Positions 55,043 through 63,830 of a stretch of 64,000 bases of DNA are shown piece after piece. The stretch spans positions 1 through 64,000 of IMG/VR virus record IMGVR_UViG_2713897221_000004; one strand, 5' to 3'. Source of the DNA: a virus. Taxonomy: Duplodnaviria > Caudoviricetes. The notes under the pieces are model-generated. The model was given only the letters and a program-made list of their open reading frames with translations, had not been told where the DNA came from and did not search any database. A program made the position numbers and the translations under genes. Position 1 is the stretch's first letter; every line of letters starts with the position of its first letter.

Positions 55043-56141
55043 ATCAAGTGTTGCTCCCTTCCAGTTCGAGGATCTCGTCCAGGCCTACTACGATTGCCGC
55101 CGGCGCAAGCGGAACACCGCAAGCGCCAGGCGATACGAGCAGGACATGGAGATCAACCTGCTGGAGCTTTACGACGACCTGATAGCCGGCACTTACCGGC
55201 CAGGCCGGTCTATCTGTTTCGTCGTGACTCGGCCAAAGGCTCGCGAGGTGTGGGCCGCGGACTTCCGCGACCGGATCGTGCATCACCTGCTGTACAACCA
55301 CATCGGCCCCGCTATCGAGCGCAGCTTCATAGCGGACAGCTGCGCTTGTATCCCCGGTCGCGGCACGCTGTACGCCGCAAAGCGCCTTGAGTCGAAGATA
55401 AGGAGCGCCAGCCAGAACTGGTCGAAGCCGGTCTACTACCTGAAATGCGACCTGGCCAACTTCTTCGTGGCGATCAACAAGCCGGTGCTGCTCGAGCAAC
55501 TGGCCGCCAGGATCACCGAACCCTGGTGGCTGACACTGGCCGAGCAAATCCTGATGCACGATCCGCGGGAGAACTACGAGGTCCGCAGCCCGGCGCACCT
55601 GTTCAACCGGGTGCCGCAGCACAAACGCCTCACTGCGCAGCCTGCACACCTTGGCCTGCCAATCGGCAACCTGTCGTCGCAGTTCTTCGCGAACGTGTAC
55701 CTCGACGCGCTGGACCAGTTCGCGAAGCACACGCTCAATGCGCGCCATTACATCCGCTACGTCGACGACTTCGTATTCCTGCACGAATCGCCGCAGCATT
55801 TGAACGAGTGGTTGGCCCGGGTGGAGGCGTTCCTGCCGAAGCTCGGCGCCAGGCTCAACCCCAGCAAGACCATCCTGCAACCGGTCGACCGCGGCGTCGA
55901 CTTCGTCGGGCATGTCATCAAGCCATGGCGTCGAACAACCCGCAAACGATCTGTGGCCCAGGCGCTGAAGCGAACCGCCGCGGCGCCGGCCGAGGATCTG
56001 CGCGAGACAGCAAACAGCTACTTCGGCCTTCTTGGCCAAGCCAGCCATAGCCAGAAGGACCGGGAGAAGCTGGCCCGGGTCGTCTTGAAGCGTGGTCACG
56101 TCGTCAACGGCGACCTGACCAAGACCTACCCAAAGAAATAA
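54984..56141 (+). CDS. DGR reverse transcriptase
   Basis: FRDRIVHH, DGR-type PIGNLSSQ and YVDD motifs; no maturase or endonuclease tail. Start uncertain; ATG 54984 lies within the TR. Confidence 0.95.
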   Translation: MAGSTTTTRTTSAWCALSAESSVAPFQFEDLVQAYYDCRRRKRNTASARRYEQDMEINLLELYDDLIAGTYRPGRSICFVVTRPKAREVWAADFRDRIVHHLLYNHIGPAIERSFIADSCACIPGRGTLYAAKRLESKIRSASQNWSKPVYYLKCDLANFFVAINKPVLLEQLAARITEPWWLTLAEQILMHDPRENYEVRSPAHLFNRVPQHKRLTAQPAHLGLPIGNLSSQFFANVYLDALDQFAKHTLNARHYIRYVDDFVFLHESPQHLNEWLARVEAFLPKLGARLNPSKTILQPVDRGVDFVGHVIKPWRRTTRKRSVAQALKRTAAAPAEDLRETANSYFGLLGQASHSQKDREKLARVVLKRGHVVNGDLTKTYPKK

Positions 56142-56198
56142 TCCCACTTCAACGAATCACGCCAGTCGGCGAGGCCGGCGCACGCCTGGAGGCCAACA

Positions 56199-56408
56199 AT
56201 GTCTACCCCCCCCCCCATCCGCATCAAGCGGATTGATCTATCGCGCCCTCGCATTCGCCGGCGCGTTCTGCGAGCCCTAAAAAGGAGCTACCAGCTCACC
56301 GGCGGACCGATCAGCAGGGCCTGGCTGTGCACACCTGGAACCCTGACGTTCAGGCTCGGCAACTGGCACGGGCACTACAACGCCAAGAATGAATGGGTGC
56401 CGATATGA
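56199..56408 (+). CDS. Hypothetical basic protein (C11 tract near start)
   Basis: GGAGG RBS. Confidence 0.6.
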   Translation: MSTPPPIRIKRIDLSRPRIRRRVLRALKRSYQLTGGPISRAWLCTPGTLTFRLGNWHGHYNAKNEWVPI

Positions 56409-56596
56409 CGCCCCATGAATTCATCGAGAAGAACGTCCACGACGAGCTGCGCAAACTGAAATTCAAGGAGTCGGTCTGCTTCATCGTGAGTCGCGATGCG
56501 GTCGACTACTACCGCCAGCGCAGCATGTTCAGCAAAAGCGTTGTGCTCGACGTGCTGGCTTGGTCGAAGAAGCGCGCAAAAGAGCTTTCTCGCTGA
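56405..56596 (+). CDS. Hypothetical protein
   Basis: ATGA-coupled, MTPHEFIE. Confidence 0.6.
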   Translation: MTPHEFIEKNVHDELRKLKFKESVCFIVSRDAVDYYRQRSMFSKSVVLDVLAWSKKRAKELSR

Positions 56597-56637
56597 CACC
56601 ACCTCTCAAATAAAACGCCATCCGGCGAGGATCATCC

Positions 56638-57561
56638 ATGACAACAGCAATCGACCTGTTCGCCGGCCTCGGCGGATGGAGCACAGGCGCACGCGCCGCA
56701 GGCGTCCAAGTTCTCTGGGCGGCAAATCACTGGCCGGCCGCCGTGGAATGGCATAGCGCAAACCACCCTGACACCCAGCACGTTTGCCAGGACTTGCATC
56801 AGGCTCGCTGGGACCAAGTACCAGCTCATGACCTGCTTCTGGCGTCGCCATGCTGCCAGGGGCACAGCCCTGCGCGCGGGAAGGCCAATGGGAACCCACA
56901 GCATGACTCGTCGAGATCTACAGCCTGGGCCGTTGTCTCAGCCTTGGAGTTTCACAGGCCGCAATTCAGCCTCGTTGAAAACGTACCCGAGTTTACGAAC
57001 TGGGCGCTGTATCCGGCTTGGGTGCAGGCCGTCCAGGCCCTGGGCTATCAGGTCGCGCCGCATGTCGTTGATTGCGCTGATCTGGGTGTGCCGCAACACC
57101 GCATCCGTCTGTTCCTGGTGCTCACGCGCAGCCAGGCGCCGCTGATGCTCGAGCTGCACAAGCGACAGCATGTCTCTGCCGCAAGCTTCCTCGACTTCGA
57201 CGCCGGTCGCTGGTCGCTGATCGAGAAGCCGGGGCGGGCTCAGGCAACCCTTGACCGGGTGCGAAACGGCCGCCAGCGCTTCGGCGACCGGTTCATCATG
57301 CCCTACTACGGCAAAGGCTCAGGAACCACCGGCCGCGACATCAAACGACCGATTGGCACCATCACTACCTTGGACCGCTGGGCGCTGGTCGACGGCGGCC
57401 GCATGCGGATGCTCAGCGCTAACGAGGCCCTGGCCGCGCAGTCGTTCCCGGCTGACACCCTACGCCCGGACAACCACCGACTGACCATGCACATGGCTGG
57501 AAATGCAGTGCCGCCCCTGGCGGGGCAGCGAGTTATAGAGGCCTTGTTGAAAGCGGCTTAA
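56638..57561 (+). CDS. DNA cytosine-5 methyltransferase
   Basis: DLFAGLGG, SPCCQ, ENV, Q.R.R and GNAVPP motifs. Confidence 0.93.
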   Translation: MTTAIDLFAGLGGWSTGARAAGVQVLWAANHWPAAVEWHSANHPDTQHVCQDLHQARWDQVPAHDLLLASPCCQGHSPARGKANGNPQHDSSRSTAWAVVSALEFHRPQFSLVENVPEFTNWALYPAWVQAVQALGYQVAPHVVDCADLGVPQHRIRLFLVLTRSQAPLMLELHKRQHVSAASFLDFDAGRWSLIEKPGRAQATLDRVRNGRQRFGDRFIMPYYGKGSGTTGRDIKRPIGTITTLDRWALVDGGRMRMLSANEALAAQSFPADTLRPDNHRLTMHMAGNAVPPLAGQRVIEALLKAA

Positions 57562-57788
57562 CCGAGTTCGGCAATCAACTTCGCCCCCAGCGCCCGCCCG
57601 GCCTGCTGAGCCAGGCCCCGGTCGGCGAAGGTCCGATCACCAGCAACAACCGGCACCACCGCTTCCCCGCCCCGCTTCACCTCGACGTTGATCCGCCAGG
57701 TCTCCCGGCCTTCCTCGTCTTTCTCGCACTCCATGTAGTTCCAGACCTGAAATCCTTCTAGGTCGTCATAGATATCGTGCTTTGTCAT
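57558..57788 (-). CDS. Hypothetical protein
   Basis: MTKHDIYDDLEG; opposite strand. Confidence 0.55.
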   Translation of the reverse strand: MTKHDIYDDLEGFQVWNYMECEKDEEGRETWRINVEVKRGGEAVVPVVAGDRTFADRGLAQQAGRALGAKLIAELG

Positions 57789-57861
57789 GGACCTACCCGT
57801 TTTGAGGAAGGCGCCATCGTAGCACCTCAACTGCCCGGGCATGGCCCGGCAAGGACTCCCC

Positions 57862-58461
57862 ATGCCTACAGAAAACAAAATCCAGCGGTACACCTTCAAG
57901 GGTGCGGCTGGCGAGTATGTCTACGCCCCGATCTTCGACCGCGTCTCCGCCGAGCGCGACGCCCTGCAGGCCGACCTTGATGCCAAGGATCAGCTGAACT
58001 CCGACCAGAGAGTCGCGCTGATGCGAATTCACGACCGTGCCCACGCCTTCGCCGAAGATGAATGCAGTATGCAAGTGGCCTCTGTGGAGGTGATCAGGGA
58101 TATCGCGGCCCGAGCACTGGGCACGGACGGCAAGCCCTCGACCTACAAGCCAGGTCTCTACGCCGTGCGCCACATCGACAACTGGGATGGCGAGCGCGAT
58201 GTCGCCCTGACGTTCGCCATGCTGGACGCCGATGGCAAATGGACTGACAAAGAAACCGGTGAGCCTCTGCTGGCGTACAAAGGGGACAAGGTTCTTACGG
58301 CGTGGCCACTAGACTGCTCCGACGCGCCGGGCACCCAGATTATCGGCGTCCCGCGCAACTGGCTGGAGAACTGGGCGCTCGAACTTGTCGAAGCCGCGCA
58401 GGACGGCGGCCAGATGTCGAACCAAGTCGAACACCTCCTCGAAATTCACGCCAAGCCTTAA
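57862..58461 (+). CDS. Hypothetical mosaic early protein
   Basis: AAGGA RBS then MPTENK. Confidence 0.65.
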   Translation: MPTENKIQRYTFKGAAGEYVYAPIFDRVSAERDALQADLDAKDQLNSDQRVALMRIHDRAHAFAEDECSMQVASVEVIRDIAARALGTDGKPSTYKPGLYAVRHIDNWDGERDVALTFAMLDADGKWTDKETGEPLLAYKGDKVLTAWPLDCSDAPGTQIIGVPRNWLENWALELVEAAQDGGQMSNQVEHLLEIHAKP

Positions 58462-58514
58462 CTCCCTCCCCCTTCAACTCTCTCAACTCGGCCGCCTGGT
58501 CGAAAGGACAAGTC

Positions 58515-59111
58515 ATGCCTGAAGAAAAAGTGGTGATGTATGAATCTCCGGAAGCCGCCAGCATCCAGACCGTGACGGGCTGGGTTGACCCTTCGGGCCG
58601 GTTCTGGGGAAACGATGAACACATGGCCCGCTATTGTGGGTCCACGCACCGGCAGTGTGCCAAGAACCCTGCGCATCCAACTCACAGAACGAACAGCTGG
58701 TGCCGGGCCTGCGACGAAGAAGGTCGAGCTGCCAGGTTCGCTGCAATGCCAACCCGTATTTGGGGTGGCGAGCCGATCACCGACTACGACGGCGATGACT
58801 ATTTCTTCGACGAAGAAAGCCTGCGTGATCACATCATCGATAACGAGATCGACCTGGCCAACCTGAAGCTTGTCTTCTGCACCCCGAATCATCCGAGTGA
58901 AATCGACCCAAGCGATTACTTCTTGGATGATCTGCCAGAAGATGGCGAGATCAACGATGACCAGCTTTTGGCAGCCTTCGAGCTGGTCAACGAGATGATT
59001 CGCAATCATGGCCCCATGTCCTGGTCGCCAGGCAATGAAGCCGTTGAGCTACCACAGGCATTCCTCGACATGATCAACGCAGAGCGAGAGGAAGCGGAGG
59101 TGGCGCCATGA
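58515..59111 (+). CDS. Hypothetical protein
   Basis: AAGGA RBS; AASIQTVTGWV...ARYCGSTH..C. Confidence 0.75.
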   Translation: MPEEKVVMYESPEAASIQTVTGWVDPSGRFWGNDEHMARYCGSTHRQCAKNPAHPTHRTNSWCRACDEEGRAARFAAMPTRIWGGEPITDYDGDDYFFDEESLRDHIIDNEIDLANLKLVFCTPNHPSEIDPSDYFLDDLPEDGEINDDQLLAAFELVNEMIRNHGPMSWSPGNEAVELPQAFLDMINAEREEAEVAP

Positions 59112-59160
59112 TCTTCGCCCCGCTCTACATGGCCTGGCTGATCTACCGAGGGCCGAAGCG

Positions 59161-59460
59161 ATGAGCGACAAGATGCGTGAAGAGTTCGAAGCCTGGCATC
59201 GGAGTGTTGTTAAGGGGAGCCCACCCCACGACAAATACAACTCCGGGGATTACCGGAATCAGCATGTCCAGCGCTACTGGATTGGCTGGCAGGCCTCGCG
59301 CGAGGCCCTGGTGGTGGAGCTGCCGCCAGCGCATGCCGAACCGGAAGAGCCTGAGTTCGCCATCGACGACAGCCACATGGACGCCTATCGCTCCGCGGTC
59401 CGGATGCGCGATGGCTGCGTGAAGGCTATCGAGGCCCAAGGCCTGAAGGTGAAGGCCTGA
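59161..59460 (+). CDS. Hypothetical protein
   Basis: MREEFEAW...WQASREALVVELP. Confidence 0.7.
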   Translation: MSDKMREEFEAWHRSVVKGSPPHDKYNSGDYRNQHVQRYWIGWQASREALVVELPPAHAEPEEPEFAIDDSHMDAYRSAVRMRDGCVKAIEAQGLKVKA

Positions 59461-59609
59461 GGAGTTCGCCACAGCCCGTGTTGCAGTCGACGGATAGCCA
59501 GGACAACGGGCCGGTCGAGCGGCGCAACTCTACAAACTGTCGCGACAACTGTCCCGAACACAATTCTGAATAAACCTGAAGGTCTGCCGTTGGCGGGCAA
59601 GGAATCCCC

Positions 59610-59726
59610 ATGAACACCGAATGCAACACCGAGCCAGAAGTAATCGAGTACATCCGCCTGCCAGAAGTCAAGAAGCTGGTTGGGCTGGGCACCACCAAGA
59701 TTTACACCATGGCCCGGATGATCTGA
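59610..59726 (+). pseudogene. Truncated AlpA-family regulator/excisionase
   Basis: YIRLPEVKKLVGLGTTKIY followed by an early stop (38 aa). Confidence 0.65.
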
Positions 59727-59791
59727 GCCACGACAAATGAAAACTCCGACTGAGAATTCAGTCGGAGCTCTGGGCCTACTATCCAGCTAAA

Positions 59792-60178
59792 TCAAGGCCG
59801 ACCATAAACAGCAAAGTTCAGATTGGTCGAACTCTTGCCGGCTGGGAAAAGACCTCTGAGGTTGTTCATCGAAACAGAACGGATGTTAAACGACTCAGAG
59901 GAAGCGTTGGGTGTCACATCAACGTAGTGAAGGTTCTTGTCGGAACCGCCGGCGTAATCCAGTCGAACCATGAAGGTTCCCGACCCGGCAGCCGAAACCA
60001 GCTTGAAGGATTTGTACTGCTGAATTGCAGACTCAACGAAGTTGGCGCCTGCCCTCTCACCTTCACTGTTTTTGATTTCGCAACGACCGTTGCCTAAGAA
60101 AGTGAATCCATCCAGATCTGCTTGCACTGCAGCAGTAAAGGATTCGCGCGGATCAATCGAATCTTGTTCATCAAGCAT
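59792..60178 (-). CDS. Hypothetical protein (moron)
   Basis: AAGGAG RBS; 128 aa. Confidence 0.65.
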   Translation of the reverse strand: MLDEQDSIDPRESFTAAVQADLDGFTFLGNGRCEIKNSEGERAGANFVESAIQQYKSFKLVSAAGSGTFMVRLDYAGGSDKNLHYVDVTPNASSESFNIRSVSMNNLRGLFPAGKSSTNLNFAVYGRP

Positions 60179-60327
60179 GACTCATCTCCTTATGAGGTGA
60201 ACTTCCTTACAGCACTGAAAACTCTAGTCCATGGCAGCCTGCCATCAAGCTCAGGCTCTGCGCCACTGACAGACGGTGCCCTCGCTTATCTCCTCACCTA
60301 TGCGCCACGCGCGGCATGGAGCAATTT

Positions 60328-60534
60328 ATGACAATCGAATTTTTATCACACGAGGATGTGTGCCAACTGACTGGAGCAAGGACGAAGGCCGGACAGATCG
60401 CAGTTCTCGTTCGAAATGGAATCCGCCACACCATCAAGCGCAGTGGCTGGCCATGTGTAATCTCGGCGGCTCTTATCGGCGGCCCAGTAGACCCGAAAGA
60501 AAAGCTAACCTGGAAGCCACGCAAGGCGGGATAA
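60328..60534 (+). CDS. Excisionase-like protein (DUF4224-like)
   Basis: FLS..DV..LTG...Q...L..NGI motif; abuts the integrase. Confidence 0.8.
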   Translation: MTIEFLSHEDVCQLTGARTKAGQIAVLVRNGIRHTIKRSGWPCVISAALIGGPVDPKEKLTWKPRKAG

Positions 60535-61560
60535 ATGGGACGTAGACCGACAAAGCCCGGGAGCATATCCCGGCTAAGGGAAAGGAAGCGCGGCAAGCTG
60601 GTGTACTTCACATATGACCTTGGAGGCAAGCCACGCAAAGAGATCTACCTGGGAAAGGACTACGGCGTTGCGATCATGGAGTACGCGCGCCTGGAGCGCG
60701 ACCGTACCGCGACTGCAGCCGCAGCGAAGGTCATCACCTTCCGCTACGTCGCCGAGAAATACCTTGTAGAGGTTGTTCCGACCAAGGGTTCAAACACCCA
60801 GAAGGACAATCTCAGGGAAATGAAGAACCTACTTGCCTTCTTCGATGATCCTCCTGGGCCGCTCGACAACATCGAGCCCATACACATCAGGCAGTATTTG
60901 ACCTGGCGATCCTCGGCGCCAGTTCGTGCCAACCGAGAAAAAGCCCTCCTCAGTGCCATTTGGAACTACGCGCGCGACAAAGGCTACACGGCTCTGGCAA
61001 ACCCCTGTTCTGGAATCAAGGGGAACAAGGAGACAGGTCGAGACACCTACGTTGAGGACGAGCTTCTTAAGCGAGTGTACGACAAGGCAGATGTAGGCCT
61101 GCAGGATGCTTTGGACTTGTTTTATCTGACTGGCCAGCGCATCGCCGACACTCTAAAAATGGACGAGCGAGATATCCGCGAAGGCCGTCTCTCTGTTCAG
61201 CAAGGGAAGACAAAAGCTAAACGACGCATCGAGATCACGGGAGAGTTGAAAGTAGTTCTTGATCGAATCCTGGCGAGAAAGGCTTCCCACAAGGTCCGCT
61301 CGACGCGGCTGATCGTTTTGGAAGATGGCACGCCGATGACGACGGCAATGTTGCGGAGAAGGTTTGACCTGGCCAGAGAAGCCGCTGGAGTGGCCAAGCC
61401 TGAATTCCAGATGAGGGATCTGCGGGCCAAGGCTGGCACAGACAAAGAGGAGTCAAGCGATATCGTCCAGGCCCGCGACCAGCTCGGCCACACAACGGTT
61501 GTCATGACGGAGCATTACATCAGGAATCGAAGGGGGAAGAAGGTTTCGCCAACCAAGTGA
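60535..61560 (+). CDS. int: Tyrosine integrase
   Basis: TGQR, RDLRAK and LGH...MTEHY catalytic motifs. Confidence 0.95.
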   Translation: MGRRPTKPGSISRLRERKRGKLVYFTYDLGGKPRKEIYLGKDYGVAIMEYARLERDRTATAAAAKVITFRYVAEKYLVEVVPTKGSNTQKDNLREMKNLLAFFDDPPGPLDNIEPIHIRQYLTWRSSAPVRANREKALLSAIWNYARDKGYTALANPCSGIKGNKETGRDTYVEDELLKRVYDKADVGLQDALDLFYLTGQRIADTLKMDERDIREGRLSVQQGKTKAKRRIEITGELKVVLDRILARKASHKVRSTRLIVLEDGTPMTTAMLRRRFDLAREAAGVAKPEFQMRDLRAKAGTDKEESSDIVQARDQLGHTTVVMTEHYIRNRRGKKVSPTK

Positions 61561-61622
61561 ATTGCGGCAACAATCTAGGATTGCGGCAATTCACTTGTTG
61601 CGTGCTTGCGGCTTTATAGGCC

Positions 61623-61699
61623 GCAAACCCTTGAAATAGATGGTGCCCGAAGCCGGAATCGAACCGGCACGCCCTTACGAGCGGGGGATTTTAAGTCCC
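61623..61699. repeat. Right att site
   Basis: 77 bp identical to 779-855. Confidence 0.95.
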
Positions 61700-61727
61700 A
61701 TGCGTCTACCAGTTTCGCCATTCGGGC
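61641..61727 (-). tRNA. tRNA-Leu (TAA)
   Basis: GCCCGAATGGCGAAACTGGTAGACGC...ACT-TAA-AA...GTTCGATTC...GGGCACCA; 87 nt with a long variable arm. Confidence 0.97.
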
Positions 61728-63237
61728 GGTAGCGCGGTGTTGCAATCTGAAAGGCTTGAATTGCTTGAGCCGTTTCAGCGCCTTGCGGCAAGGGGGTGAA
61801 ATATATACATCCCCTACTCTTGAAGCAAGTTCGTTGGCGTCAAATTCAAGACTGGATGTCGAGTACGGCCACAAACAAAAAGGCTCCGTAAATCATCGAT
61901 CTACAGCGCTATTTTTATAAGTGGGAGCAACTGCCAGAACCGAACCGGTGCAGATGGCGCCGCATTCCACTGATAAAACCAGATATTTCAATAGGTTACC
62001 ACAGCAAAAACGGCGTAACCATCTGATTTTAAAAGGCTTGTAGCTGGGCGAACAGGCGAAGACAGATTTGCCCAGCCAGTGTAGGGATCGTGACGCCACT
62101 AACCCCATGGGCCAGCGAAGTCGAAGAGGCAGGCCAAAGGCCAAACTGCGAAGGCGCGATCAGCTAAACGCGAGGACAATAAAGAGACAGAGCCGCATCG
62201 CTCTTCCGGACTTTTCAACGAGGGATTATTCAAAGGTGCCACAAGATCACCAGGCGTAATGCCTGATAAATTGGCGCCCACCCTGACCAGCTGTTGGCCG
62301 TTCAGCATTCCATCGTAAACACACCTGGCCGGGCAAGCGCGACCACTCTATCCAGAGCGGTCGCGCATGTCTCGAAGACAATTCTGAAGAAACCTGAACG
62401 GCTTGAAGAAGCCTGGACGATAGTAGGCCGCCACCTGTGCCGTGGCGACGCCACCAGGCGAGAACGACTTGGTCAAGGGTGCCATGACGAAGCGGTTGTG
62501 CCTTGAGCACCCTGGTCGTGCTGGAAGGCTGCCTGGTGATCGGACGGGCCAGCGTATAGACAGAAGCATTCGAGGCGGGGCTGGTGATGCTGCTTATCCA
62601 ACTCGGCGAACAGAGAGCGGCACTTTCCTTAACCACCAAGCCAGTCTCTTGAACAGGCAGCGATAGCGAGGCGGTGGATGGGACTCCATTGACTCGCACA
62701 TGCGGCAGGAACCGTTGGCCAGGGCAAGACGGATCAGCCGCATGACCTTAGCGCTTTAAAACACAGCTGGAAGATGTGCCCAAGCGCAACGAGTGACCGC
62801 CGCCTCGGCGAGCAAGCGCATGTCATCTGTCAGGTTCGATAGCCAGACCTTCGCGCCGTTGGAGCACCTTTACCCCAGATTGAAAATCTCGATGCAGAAC
62901 CCACATGAGCGAACATTGATAAAACAGCAAAAACAATTGACTCTGACACTAACTCTACCACTCGTCGGAACCGTCACTTCATAAAGGTGGAGGTACCTTG
63001 CTTTTACCTGTTTACAGGCTTGACTGTATTCCTATCTATGATCGAAGGAGGAAACGAAACATATCAGCTCAAGAAACTGACACAACTCTTGACACCGATA
63101 TCAATCGCCTTTGCCATCAATACTCCACGACATCTTCAATGAGTTAACCTAACTACTGTTTTCTCGTAGCAGTGGCAAGTCTGCAATTTGATTTTGAATA
63201 GGGAGCCAACTCATGGAATGCACAATCAAAAAGGAAT

Positions 63238-63534
63238 ATGAACATGAGCATCACAGTCACAAACGGAGCAAGCGCAGTAGTTAACGTGGCAATCAGCACA
63301 TGGGAGAAAGACGGCAGTGACGCTTACTACCCATTAGAGCAAGGCAGCGGTGACACCTGGAAACGTAGTGACCCAAGGGGTTACTTGATGGCCATACAGG
63401 ATAAATCCCAAACAACTGAATACTACGTCTCCTGCAACAGTGCAATTGTCATCGAAGACAACCTCGTAAAGGATCACGGCCGAACTCTTAACCCAGTCGC
63501 TGCGGCCGGGAAGAAAAAAGTGGCAAATGCGTAA
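63238..63534 (+). CDS. Small protein resembling the IPD072 insecticidal protein family
   Basis: ITVTN, VAI..W..DG, TW.RSD.RG, YYV and VKD.GR motifs as recalled for IPD072Aa; not database-verified. Confidence 0.7.
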   Translation: MNMSITVTNGASAVVNVAISTWEKDGSDAYYPLEQGSGDTWKRSDPRGYLMAIQDKSQTTEYYVSCNSAIVIEDNLVKDHGRTLNPVAAAGKKKVANA

Positions 63535-63721
63535 TACCTAGCAGTAAGCGCATATATAAAATGGCCAGTATCGTACAAGATGCTGGCCATTCCCGTAAAA
63601 AAGTAAACCACTCATCCGACTAGCGACCACCAGACGCCCTCATATTTAGTTGAGTTCTTATGTCTCAATACACCTAGACAAAAGCACTTCACTACTTGCC
63701 TCTAGAAACTTCTTTGCGATA

Positions 63722-63830
63722 ACGCCTGGTACGCAACAAAGCAATCAGTCCTTGATCACCATCGTCAGTAATTCTGATAGTTCGTTGAACATCCGGCCAG
63801 ACACGCCAGGTGCGTGCAGCCCTATGAATC
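63722..63830 (-). pseudogene. Decayed Rz-like spanin remnant
   Basis: Encodes ...ITDDGDQGLIAL, identical to the Rz peptide at ~2467-2502; the surrounding frame is disrupted. Confidence 0.7.

Larger units (their letters stand above)
779..61699. mobile_element. Lambdoid prophage (~60.8 kb) integrated in tRNA-Leu
   Basis: Flanking 77-bp direct repeats, integrase and excisionase, immunity, replication, packaging, head, tail and lysis modules all present. Confidence 0.97.

Noticed and set aside
54971-55390. 139-aa ORF beginning in the TR as a fourth target
   Set aside because: It is the TR read in the target frame and runs out of frame over the RT; it lacks the target N-terminal domain.
54822-56141. 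RT as a group II intron, retron or Abi RT
   Set aside because: It has the DGR-type IGNLSSQ motif, an adjacent avd and TR/VR pairs with adenine-only changes, and lacks maturase/endonuclease domains.
56638-57561. Restriction-modification system
   Set aside because: No adjacent endonuclease is recognisable; orphan methyltransferases are common in phage early regions.
62030-62910. Possible pseudogene fragments right of the tRNA (a UmuC-like TDDMRLLAEAAV stretch near 62790-62850; ORF 62247-62699)
   Set aside because: They are too degraded to assign by eye and need BLASTX.
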